A program made the position numbers and the translations under genes. 41,700 bases of DNA, from NCBI GenBank assembly GCA_030587475.2, contig JAUQYZ020000001.1, forward strand, positions 1-41,700, given 5' to 3'. The notes below the pieces were generated by a model. It was not told where the DNA came from and did no database searches. It saw nothing but the letters and a program-made list of their open reading frames with translations. Below are positions 1 to 8,674 of the stretch, piece after piece. The stretch is from Candidatus Sigynarchaeum calidifontis. GTDB lineage: Archaea > Asgardarchaeota > Lokiarchaeia > Sigyniarchaeales > Sigyniarchaeaceae. Position 1 is the first letter of the stretch, and each line of letters opens with the position of its first letter.

Positions 1-1
1 G

Positions 2-481
2 TGCAGGGGCAATGCCGCCGGGTTCCGCTTGCCAGATCCCGACGTCGTGAAGGACATCATGGGCGTGCCTCTGACCAAGGAGAACATCGAGAGTGCCGTG
101 TCGGCCATGTTCGGCTCTCAAAGTGTCGAGGCTTTCTTCAACAATTTCTTGCGCACCGTGAAAGCCACGGGCTTGTTTCCGCCCGAATATCCACTCAACG
201 ATCTCCTTCGCCTGGCATCGGGTATGGCGAAACTGGCAGCCATGTCCTGGTACGATGGCGAGAAGTACGCTGCGGCGAGGGACTTGTACTTCGCGAAGCT
301 CATCGATCCCGATCTACAAGCACCGCACCTCACCCCGAGGGGAAGGGCGCTCAGGGACTTGATCTGGCCGCTGGGCCTCCGACAATTGCCGGCTTTTGCG
401 AAGCTCCCTGCCCAGCCCATGGGTCTCGGGATGCGCACGCCGATCTCGGAAATCCAGCAAATCAGTGGGAGAATAAGCTGA
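2..481 (+). CDS. 3' part of a hypothetical protein (open at left edge)
   Basis: Frame is open from base 2 (CRGNAAGFRLPDPDVVKD...) to TGA at 479-481, with GC3-rich codons; no family recognised. Confidence 0.6.
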   Translation, partial: CRGNAAGFRLPDPDVVKDIMGVPLTKENIESAVSAMFGSQSVEAFFNNFLRTVKATGLFPPEYPLNDLLRLASGMAKLAAMSWYDGEKYAAARDLYFAKLIDPDLQAPHLTPRGRALRDLIWPLGLRQLPAFAKLPAQPMGLGMRTPISEIQQISGRIS

Positions 482-540
482 TCAAGAACCTCGATCCGCC
501 TTGTGACACGGGATCGCTTCTCAGCAGGGGAACCTGGTGG

Positions 541-1659
541 TCACAAGTTCAAGTAGGTCTTCACTCCTTTTTCCACTTGCTTGGCGACCACGGAGATGAT
601 ACCTTGTTTTGAATTCGGGCCCGTGAGGATGATGAGGAAAATGTCTCCGAGCGTTGGCACGATGTGGATAATGCCATTCGTCCCGCCGAAGGTTATGTAC
701 TTCAACTCGCCGGACTCGGTGGCGAACATGATATCGCTGCCAACCGTGGTCACGGTCGTGGCGATGATGGCGACGAGCGAGTCGCTGAGGGCCGAGGAGA
801 TCGCTGATGCCAGGATCGTGCCGTCACGCTTGACGAGTGCTGAAGCCTTGATGACGGGGTCGATCTTGATGAGATCGCGCAGCACGTCCCCCAGGTTTTC
901 CGGCTCCTTGAACGGTAACTCGGACTTTGCCGCAGCGGGTTCTTCTTTCTTCGGGATCGTAGGGGTCTTCGGGAGCAATTCCATTTTTCCCTTGAAAGAT
1001 TCAAGCTCCCGCTTCATGGTCTTTTCGAGCGAGTCCTTGCCGCTCGGTGCAGTGGCCGGTTGGGGGGTAACGGGTGCCCGGCCACGGAGGTCGAGCGGGT
1101 TGCTCAATTTTCCAGAAGGGGGCCGCGAAGTCTCGACGGTAAGCACGGGGGCAGGCGATGCCGAGCGCGGCGGTTCGTCGTCGATGGCATCGGGGCTCGG
1201 GATGCTCACGGCGGGAGATGGGCGAACAGGTCTCGACGCCGGGGCGGGCGGTACATCGCTGCCCTTGGCGGCCAGCGCGCTGATCGATGATAGATTTTTC
1301 GGCCGGCTTTGGGCAAGGGATTGAGCGTCGACAGGTTTCGGTTGCGGCACTTGCGCGGGTGATTGCTGCACGAATGGCCTTGCTTGCTGCGGCCCGGCGG
1401 ATGCTGAGAAAGGAATGAACGTCGGCTTCTGGCTGGCTGGCATCTTGCTCTCTCGCGGAGCCGACGTGAACGGGCTGGGTTGGTCCGTGAACTCGCTCAG
1501 GCCCGCCGGCGTCATTGCCGAGGGTTTCTGTCTCGGCGTGGCAGGTTCAGACTTGAACGAAATGGCGGGAATGGGAAATCCACACTTCTGGCAAACGGTC
1601 TCCCGGTTCCCGCGGGCAACGAACTGGGCACCGCATGAAGGGCAGATGACTATAGAAAT
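541..1659 (-). CDS. Zn-ribbon + Pro/Ser-rich linker + C-terminal roadblock/LC7 (MglB-like) protein; start uncertain
   Basis: C-terminal LRDLIKIDPVIKASALVKRDGTILASA...GELKYITFGGTNGIIHI fits the roadblock pattern. The frame stays open upstream of the ATG at 1515 and encodes ICPSCGAQF..x..VCQKCGFP with no in-frame ATG/GTG/TTG; ATT at 1659 is used provisionally. Confidence 0.8.
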   Translation of the reverse strand: MSIVICPSCGAQFVARGNRETVCQKCGFPIPAISFKSEPATPRQKPSAMTPAGLSEFTDQPSPFTSAPRESKMPASQKPTFIPFSASAGPQQARPFVQQSPAQVPQPKPVDAQSLAQSRPKNLSSISALAAKGSDVPPAPASRPVRPSPAVSIPSPDAIDDEPPRSASPAPVLTVETSRPPSGKLSNPLDLRGRAPVTPQPATAPSGKDSLEKTMKRELESFKGKMELLPKTPTIPKKEEPAAAKSELPFKEPENLGDVLRDLIKIDPVIKASALVKRDGTILASAISSALSDSLVAIIATTVTTVGSDIMFATESGELKYITFGGTNGIIHIVPTLGDIFLIILTGPNSKQGIISVVAKQVEKGVKTYLNL

Positions 1660-1721
1660 ATCTATCGCCTGTGCTTTCCTTTTTTCTTGCGTGGATACAT
1701 TGTACTTTAGGCAGTTTTACG

Positions 1722-1728
1722 TATTAAA
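1722..1728 (-). promoter_or_regulatory. Putative TATA box (TTTAATA) for the Zn-ribbon/roadblock gene
   Basis: AT-rich box 22-28 nt upstream of an ATG at 1700, which is typical archaeal spacing. Confidence 0.45.
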
Positions 1729-1755
1729 TCTCTCCTGGCGACGAATACCTAGCTT

Positions 1756-3429
1756 TCATCGATTCTGGACCCGAGACTCGTGGACGCTTGTCCATATCAC
1801 GATGAGATTGCGCAGTAACGCGTTGTTGAAAACGAGCGGAGTCATCATGGCAGTAGCTGGGCTTTTCTTGCCATTACTCGCGTCCGAAGCCAGCTGCCAA
1901 GCCACTGCAGCGTAATCGCGCCCCACGGCAGTTTTCGTGGCTTCCGACTGCAGCAGCGAGAGATATTTCGTCACATCCGCGTCGCGCCCGATTATTAGCC
2001 CGATGACCACGACGGCCAGCATGTCATTGCATGTCGCGGCGTTGCCCCGTGTCCCGCCTGGGTGCGAAGACTTGAGCAAATCCATGGCTTTTTTCAGCAA
2101 GTCGAAGCATCTATTGGTCTCTTTTTCTTGAAACCACACGTGGGCGAGCTCTACCACGTGGCACGCTGCATCATGGTAATTCCCAGATCTCTCCTTGTGC
2201 TCTGCCAGCTTTCCGAGCGCGTCCACCAGCATAGAAACCAGCGCGGGCCGCAGGATGGTCTTTTCTTGCACCAGGTGGTCGTGAACATCGATGGCTCGAT
2301 ATGCATTTGCGACAGCGGTCTCGATGAACCCGGATTGCACGTAGAGGATATTCGCTTTCTGGATGAACTTGATCGTCTCTAGGAACTCGCTGATGCTCTC
2401 CGAGCAATCGCTTGCTTCAATGTAATTGTCAGCCGCTGCTTCCAATTCGCCTGCCGCCTCGTAATGACGTGCCGAGCGCTCGAAGGCGCCACGCGCACCC
2501 TTGTAATCGCGGATCTTCTTCAACACGAGTCCCGCGCTGTGGTAATGGAGCGCACAACCGATATCGTCGTCTTGCCGCTCGTAATCCGCTGCGATATCGA
2601 GGTAGCACTCGGCCTCTTTCCTGGAAAGGTCGGCGAATGCGCCTTCCGAACCACTCGCGTGCTCGAAGAGGTCAAAAAAGCTGGCGAACACGTGGTATAC
2701 CTCGGCAATCTGCAAGTAATTCGCTTTTTTCTCGCGTCCCGTTATTTTCTTGAGAACGTGCTCGAAATAATCACGCGCCTCGTAGAACACCTGGAGCATC
2801 CGTTCCCTCTCGCCGGCCTGGATGGCGATCTGGAGGAGGAGTTTGTATGATGTCGCTACCATATAATACTTTCGGGCCTTCCTGGACGCCTCGATGGCCA
2901 CGCGGGCGACCTGCTCGGCTCGTGGCAAGTTCGAGACCAGAAAATACAATTCGGCGAGGGTGAAGTACTGGTTGTACAGCGCCTCGTTCACGGGTTTCGT
3001 GATATCCTCTGAAAACTTCAGCGCCTTCTCGTTGCATTCGATGACCGCGAGGTAGTGCCGGCGGGCCTCGAGAGCGTCGCCAAGCAAGTCCGCGTGCACG
3101 TCTCCCATTTTCTTGAAGATATCTGCTGCCTGGCGGAAATCCCCCGCGGTTACCGATATCCTGGCCGCCTTCTCGAGCACGTGCAGTGCCCGACGGATCG
3201 CGACAATGGCAGCGTGGAAGTCGATCGGCAGGATTACCTCCGCGCTGGAGATGAACACGTTGGCGGCATCTATGTGCTGGGTGGGATCGGCAAGCATTGC
3301 CTCCCCGATCGAGTTCAGCGCCGAATAGATCTGTCGCGAGAGCACGGTGACGGTCTCAACATCGCTGTAATACTCCGCATCCTCCAACTGCTTGAAGAGG
3401 CTGCCAACCTCGTCCAACGCCGTCTCCAT
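1756..3429 (-). CDS. TPR-like all-helical protein, SNAP/Sec17 (NSF attachment protein)-like, apparently two units
   Basis: Repeats such as HIDAANVF...AAIVAIRRAL...AGDFRQAADIF...EARRHY and GELEAAADNYIEAS...ETIKFIQKANILYVQSGFIETAVAN. Start placed at METALDE (3429); the upstream part of the 808-aa ORF is antisense to the JAMM gene. Confidence 0.7.
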   Translation of the reverse strand: METALDEVGSLFKQLEDAEYYSDVETVTVLSRQIYSALNSIGEAMLADPTQHIDAANVFISSAEVILPIDFHAAIVAIRRALHVLEKAARISVTAGDFRQAADIFKKMGDVHADLLGDALEARRHYLAVIECNEKALKFSEDITKPVNEALYNQYFTLAELYFLVSNLPRAEQVARVAIEASRKARKYYMVATSYKLLLQIAIQAGERERMLQVFYEARDYFEHVLKKITGREKKANYLQIAEVYHVFASFFDLFEHASGSEGAFADLSRKEAECYLDIAADYERQDDDIGCALHYHSAGLVLKKIRDYKGARGAFERSARHYEAAGELEAAADNYIEASDCSESISEFLETIKFIQKANILYVQSGFIETAVANAYRAIDVHDHLVQEKTILRPALVSMLVDALGKLAEHKERSGNYHDAACHVVELAHVWFQEKETNRCFDLLKKAMDLLKSSHPGGTRGNAATCNDMLAVVVIGLIIGRDADVTKYLSLLQSEATKTAVGRDYAAVAWQLASDASNGKKSPATAMMTPLVFNNALLRNLIVIWTSVHESRVQNR

Positions 3430-3579
3430 ATGATGGAAGAGAATGGAGGAACGCAAATAAACACGGCCATGCGGAGTCAAATGGCGAAACGAAAATGAGG
3501 CGTAGGAGAAAACTACTTTATGCCCTAGAACCAAGCTCAACACGTTCTCATTAAACACGAATCTGTTCCGGGAATTCCG

Positions 3580-5073
3580 ATGACTGAACCGCAAAAAGAA
3601 GGCAAGAAGCAGCCGCCCGTGATATTCGAACCGGAGGCATATTTGAAGGCCTTGCTCCACGTATTGCGCTTCGCCTCCAATGGTATGGCAAAGGACTCGT
3701 GGGTAGAAGTCTACGGCTGGTTGGTCGGCAAGCTCGAAGGACCGGACAATAGCGTTGTCCATATCTACGATGCAGTTCCAATTCATCATGGGCGTGATAT
3801 TGAAGTTTCCTGGGATGCAGATGCCTACGTCCGTGCCGCCGAGTTCGACGAGCAACTCTATCAAAAAGCCGAAGAAAACCCGACCATGAAGGGTTTTTTC
3901 GTGGTGGGTTGGTATCATAGTCATCCTGGCCTGGATCTGTTTCTCTCGCAAACAGACGTCACGAATCATCTCGGCTTCCAGGGGCCCAATCCGAACAGCA
4001 TCGCAGTCGTTTTTGACCACACGAAGATCGTCCCTTACAAGCACCTTGGCTTCAAGATATTCAAGTTGAAGGATGCTTCCCCTGACAGCGACTACAGCGA
4101 GGTGGAATTCGACAAGGCCAAGTTCACGAAAGATGTCGTCGACGTGATTTACCTGGCCCAGAACATCGTCGAGCGGATCCAAGGCAACCAGCTATTCTCC
4201 CCGGAGATCAGCGAGGTACCGTCCATCTTCGCCCATCTCATGCTCCCGGGCGCGACACCACAAATCGATAAAACCCCGCCAATCGACCTGGATGCACTTT
4301 TCGAGAAGATGCTAAAATCCACCGATGCACTCATCCAGAAGGTGCTCGGAAACTCGATCATCGGGAAGCTCGCGGCCGAGATGAACCCGGCTCTCGAAGA
4401 ATGGTATTCGGCATTTATTCCCTACGTGGTTTCCTCGCTCAACAAGTGGCTGCTTTCCACCGCCGAGAAACTCATCACGACGAACAAGCTCGTCCTGGGG
4501 AGTATTTACACGATCGCCGGCGGGCTGGAAAAATCCATGAAGAACGTGAACGAGTGGACGAAGGCGCAGCTCGGCGACAGCGAGCGTCACTTGAAGAAGC
4601 TCGTGGAATCGACCCACGCGAAGCTCGTGGCGGGGATGGAATCGAAGCTCGCCGCGCAAGAGAAGAATCTCTCCACGTCGCTCGACGGGCTCGCGCAAGA
4701 CTTCGCCAAGGCCGAGGACAAGCTCGCCAAGGTGGTCGAGAGCGTTGCCTCGCTCGCCGCGCAAGTCGACGTCCTCGCGAAGAAAGTGGAGGGCATGGAA
4801 GCCGGCATCCAGGCCAAGATCCAGGAGCGGCTCGAAGAGGTCAACAAGGGCGTCGACGCGGCGCTCCAGGGGCTCGACGCGCGCATCGCAGAGCAAGTGA
4901 ACAAGCAGATCCAGCAATTCGGGAAGGACATCGTCGCCACGCGCGACGCGATCATGGCCGACTTGAAAGCGATCTCCGATGACATCGCGAAGGAACGGCA
5001 AGCTCTCGACGAATTCGCCGCGTCCAAGGCCCTCAAGAAGATGCAAGAAGACTTGCACAAGCTCGTGAAATGA
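3580..5073 (+). CDS. Rpn11/CSN5-like MPN+ (JAMM) metalloprotease with long C-terminal amphipathic coiled coil
   Basis: YLKALLH...EVYGWLVG and VVGWYHSHPGLDLFLSQTDV give an intact E..HxHx7SxxD motif; the C-terminal ~200 aa is Ala/Glu/Lys/Leu-rich helical repeat. Confidence 0.9.
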   Translation: MTEPQKEGKKQPPVIFEPEAYLKALLHVLRFASNGMAKDSWVEVYGWLVGKLEGPDNSVVHIYDAVPIHHGRDIEVSWDADAYVRAAEFDEQLYQKAEENPTMKGFFVVGWYHSHPGLDLFLSQTDVTNHLGFQGPNPNSIAVVFDHTKIVPYKHLGFKIFKLKDASPDSDYSEVEFDKAKFTKDVVDVIYLAQNIVERIQGNQLFSPEISEVPSIFAHLMLPGATPQIDKTPPIDLDALFEKMLKSTDALIQKVLGNSIIGKLAAEMNPALEEWYSAFIPYVVSSLNKWLLSTAEKLITTNKLVLGSIYTIAGGLEKSMKNVNEWTKAQLGDSERHLKKLVESTHAKLVAGMESKLAAQEKNLSTSLDGLAQDFAKAEDKLAKVVESVASLAAQVDVLAKKVEGMEAGIQAKIQERLEEVNKGVDAALQGLDARIAEQVNKQIQQFGKDIVATRDAIMADLKAISDDIAKERQALDEFAASKALKKMQEDLHKLVK

Positions 5074-5106
5074 AAAGAAAAAAGAAGATCCGTCTCATTT
5101 TTTACT
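5074..5106. terminator. Probable bidirectional U-tract terminator between convergent genes
   Basis: A-run (aaagaaaaaagaag) and T-run (tttttt) in a 33 bp gap between two stop codons. Confidence 0.4.
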
Positions 5107-6435
5107 TTAATAGCTGAAGGTCACGCGCTCGCGATAATAACTGCTATCCGAGTAACCGCTGCTCTTGCGGCGCTTGCGGATCGCATGGATCACGATCACG
5201 ATCGCGATGAGCCCGATGAGGCAATAGAGCACCCACGGGTTTTTCGTGAAAAAATCGAGCAGCTGGTCCCATATCGATGGTGGTGCTTCTTGTTGGAGTA
5301 CCATGAAGTCGTAGTGCACCGCCTGGTTCACCCCAGAGGAAACCCAGAAGGGATACGGGAGCGTCGACACGTTTTCGGACGGTGTCGGGGACAACGGCGG
5401 GGTGAGCCCCTGCCCGATCCACACGCCAACCGTGTATGGCACGTGGATGTTGTCGATGCGGGAAGTAAAATCGATGCTACCCCCGTCGCCCCATGTCGGG
5501 TCCGAAAGCACCCAACCAGCGCCGGGAATGAAATATTCGGCCCACGCGTGCCCGGTCATGTTATCTTGTGTAGTGCTTAGACCAGTGGTCTCGAACGCGA
5601 AGCGCCACTTGGTTCCAACGGCCGCACCATAGTTCGGGCTGACTGCCGAACCTGCTGAATTGGCGATCACGAGGCCACGCAGCACGCGGGCAGGTATGCC
5701 GCACGCGCGCAGCAGCGCGACCATGAGATAGGAATACTCCGTGCAATCGCCGGTGTGGTAGGTTATGGCCCATTCCGCCCCGTGTTCCTCGCTTTGCACC
5801 GAATATGTCAACAAGTTCTTGACATAGTTGTACACGTTTGCTGCAGTCGTCCACGGGTTGGAGGCATTCAATGAAGAAGCAGCGGTGACGATGGGGCCAA
5901 AACTCTTGTTGATGTAGCGCTCTTCTTTCGTGTACAACGAGTAAAGCCCGTCGGTCTTGTTGTAACTCGCCATCGTGACGCCGGCTTGTGATTTCCAGGT
6001 GACATCGCGCAAGGTCAAGTTGCCCTGCACGTTCATTTTCCACGTGGTGCCACTGGGGACGCTTAAATCGAAGTAATGGAATTCATTCCCGAAATCGTCG
6101 ACGTCGAAGACGTGGGACAGGCTCGATCCATAAGTCAAGCTCGTCATGACAAACTCTTGCTGGCGCACCCCGGACTCGCCGAGGATGGTGCGGTTCGTGA
6201 TCATGGGGATCCAGCGCTCCGTGAGAAAAGGCCCAAACCCGGATTTCGAGATGGTGTAGGTGTAATTGTAAAAATACGTCGTGTTGCGATTGTAAGTGAA
6301 TGTACCGGCCGGTGGCGGCCCGTAATATGCAGCCAGAGAGAGCGCCTTTGCAGGCATAACGGGCAAGGCGGCTAGCTGCATCCCGACGAGCGCCAGGGTC
6401 ATCAGCGTGAACGCGATACGATTCGTGCCTTTCAT
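5107..6435 (-). CDS. Secreted, C-terminally membrane-anchored transglutaminase-like cysteine protease
   Basis: N-terminal signal peptide; GDCTEYS...LRACGIPAR, GHAWAEY and DPTW supply the Cys-His-Asp triad; a TM helix is followed by RKRRK. Confidence 0.9.
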   Translation of the reverse strand: MKGTNRIAFTLMTLALVGMQLAALPVMPAKALSLAAYYGPPPAGTFTYNRNTTYFYNYTYTISKSGFGPFLTERWIPMITNRTILGESGVRQQEFVMTSLTYGSSLSHVFDVDDFGNEFHYFDLSVPSGTTWKMNVQGNLTLRDVTWKSQAGVTMASYNKTDGLYSLYTKEERYINKSFGPIVTAASSLNASNPWTTAANVYNYVKNLLTYSVQSEEHGAEWAITYHTGDCTEYSYLMVALLRACGIPARVLRGLVIANSAGSAVSPNYGAAVGTKWRFAFETTGLSTTQDNMTGHAWAEYFIPGAGWVLSDPTWGDGGSIDFTSRIDNIHVPYTVGVWIGQGLTPPLSPTPSENVSTLPYPFWVSSGVNQAVHYDFMVLQQEAPPSIWDQLLDFFTKNPWVLYCLIGLIAIVIVIHAIRKRRKSSGYSDSSYYRERVTFSY

Positions 6436-6627
6436 GATACGGTCAAAAGCGAGTACCGAGTAATAATGGTTATCCTATAACCGGCATAATTTACTTTCGA
6501 CCAAGTGATACCTCGAGGATTGAAAAAGACAAAGCGAAGTCCCCATGATCGATATATTTATTTCACGGTCGGGAATAGGAAAGGTGGAAGGCCGATCACG
6601 CTCGGCAAATCGGCGCTGTTGATGTAC

Positions 6628-8349
6628 ATGACCAGGATCGCATATTTTTCAATGGAAATCGCCCTCGAACCCGACATCCCCACGTATTCCGGGGGTCTCG
6701 GCGTGCTGTCGGGCGACACGCTGCGTTCGGCAGCCGACCTCTCGCTGCCAGTCGTCGGCGTCACGATGCTCTACAGCGGGGGATACTTTTACCAGATGCT
6801 CGCCCCGGATGGAAACCAGATAGAAAAGCCGGTTCGCTGGGATTTCCTCGACTCGTTCGAGGACACGAAAAAGATCGTCCGGGTGCCGCTGCAAGACAAA
6901 GAGATTGCCATCAAGGCATGGCGCTACGTCATCCACGGCATCACGGGCCACGATGTCCCGGTCATCTTGCTGGACACGAACGTGCCCGAGAACGAGCCCT
7001 GGCAGAGATTGCTCACCAGCGCGCTGTACGATGCCCACAAGTTCAACCGCGTCTCCCAGGAGGTCATTCTAGGCATGGGCGGAGTGCGGCTGCTAGACGC
7101 GCTCGGGTACGATAACATCGAGACCTATCACATGAACGAAGGGCACAGTGCTTTCCTCATGATCGAGCTGCTCAAGCGATACAAGACGCTCGATGCCCTC
7201 AAGCAACACTGCGTGTTCACGACCCACACGCCGGTGGAAGCCGGGCACGAGCGCTTCGATCGCGACGTTATCGATAACGTGTTCCGGGGCAGGATCCCGG
7301 CCGAGATCGACGCCATCGCGGGCAAGGCACCGTTCAACATGACCATGCTCGCTCTAAACGGGAGCAGGTACACGAACGGCGTGTCGCAGAAACACGGCCA
7401 GGTCAGCGCGAAGATGTTTCCCGGGCATGATGTCGACGCGATAACGAACGGGATACATGTTAACACCTGGATCTCCCCTTACATGAAAAAAGTATTTGAT
7501 GACGAGCTAGGGATTAAGTGGTGGTTTGATCCTGAAATTATAAAGAATATTATGAATGTAAACAAGCACGAGATAAGTCAAGCGCACGCGAGGGCCAAGG
7601 CAGAACTGCTCGATTACGAGAGGTCTCATTCCAGTGTCCACATGAAGGAACGCTTGCTCACCATCGGTTTCGCCAGGCGCATGACCGAGTACAAGCGCCC
7701 GCTCTTGCTGTTCACGGACCTCGAACGTTTGGGCAAGCTCGCCAAGGGCAAGGTGCAGTTCTTGTTCGCGGGCAAGTCTCACCCCGCTGACAACAATGCC
7801 AAGGTCATGATCCGACGAATCCACGAGTTCTCGGACCAGCTATGGAACTCATACGAAATAAGATTGGCCTTCCTGGAAAATTACGACTGGGACCTGGCAA
7901 AAATGATGGTATCGGGTTGCGACGTGTGGTTGAATACCCCCCGCCGGTACAACGAGGCCAGCGGCACCAGCGGCATGAAAGCCGCGCTGAACGGCGTGCT
8001 GAACTGCTCCACGCTCGACGGGTGGTGGATCGAGGGGTACAAGATGGATCCTCTCGCTGGATGGGCAATCGGCCCCGGCACAGATGATCCAAAGGCCGAA
8101 TCGCTCCCGGACAGCTCCGATGCAGACGCGCTCTATAAACTGCTCGAGGACGAGATCGTTCCCCTCTGGCGGAAGAACGAGGCCGAATGGCTGAACCGCA
8201 TGGTGCACGCGATACGGCTGGCGTCGTATTTCAACACGAACCGCATGATGGCGGAATACGCGGACAAGGCATACCAGCTCGACAAGGGAAACCCCTGGGT
8301 GCCGAAAGCGGCGGGCTGCAAGGCGGGTAAAGCCACCAAGAAAAGCTAG
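6628..8349 (+). CDS. glgP: Alpha-glucan (maltodextrin/glycogen) phosphorylase, GT35
   Basis: IAYFSMEIAL, YSGGLGVLSGD, HMNEGH, FARRMTEYKR, and EASGTSGMKAALNG (PLP lysine). Confidence 0.95.
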   Translation: MTRIAYFSMEIALEPDIPTYSGGLGVLSGDTLRSAADLSLPVVGVTMLYSGGYFYQMLAPDGNQIEKPVRWDFLDSFEDTKKIVRVPLQDKEIAIKAWRYVIHGITGHDVPVILLDTNVPENEPWQRLLTSALYDAHKFNRVSQEVILGMGGVRLLDALGYDNIETYHMNEGHSAFLMIELLKRYKTLDALKQHCVFTTHTPVEAGHERFDRDVIDNVFRGRIPAEIDAIAGKAPFNMTMLALNGSRYTNGVSQKHGQVSAKMFPGHDVDAITNGIHVNTWISPYMKKVFDDELGIKWWFDPEIIKNIMNVNKHEISQAHARAKAELLDYERSHSSVHMKERLLTIGFARRMTEYKRPLLLFTDLERLGKLAKGKVQFLFAGKSHPADNNAKVMIRRIHEFSDQLWNSYEIRLAFLENYDWDLAKMMVSGCDVWLNTPRRYNEASGTSGMKAALNGVLNCSTLDGWWIEGYKMDPLAGWAIGPGTDDPKAESLPDSSDADALYKLLEDEIVPLWRKNEAEWLNRMVHAIRLASYFNTNRMMAEYADKAYQLDKGNPWVPKAAGCKAGKATKKS

Positions 8350-8674
8350 GCCCCGTGCAAGGACGACTTGCCGCGAATTCTCGATATTTTTTTCTGCACC
8401 ACTTTCTTGTTTCCTGACGGTTGATCCAGAAAGTCAATCAAAGCACTAGTGCCATGTTACTCCCCCGTCTGTGTGCCAAGACCAAGCGAGGCGAACAGAT
8501 TGCGGCCCGACGGAAAGAAAGGTTATTACTTATGGCTTGCATATACGAACGCGCGGTAGCCCTTTCAAGCAAATCGACACGAGGCGGGTCGCCCGGCGAG
8601 GATGAAAAAAGCACGTCGATGGAAAATGGTGTATAAGGGTAAATGCTAGAGAAACTGCCTGAAACGGGAGAATA

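Noticed and set aside
3430-4182. N-terminal 250 aa of the 808-aa minus-strand ORF
   Set aside because: Antisense shadow of the JAMM gene plus intergenic DNA; the helical-repeat protein begins at 3429.
4500-5073. SNARE motif in the JAMM coiled-coil tail
   Set aside because: No C-terminal TM anchor and no clear zero-layer could be assigned by eye; the tail is much longer than a SNARE helix.
5107-5170. YxxPhi endocytic sorting motif in the transglutaminase tail
   Set aside because: None of the tyrosines has a bulky hydrophobic residue at +3.
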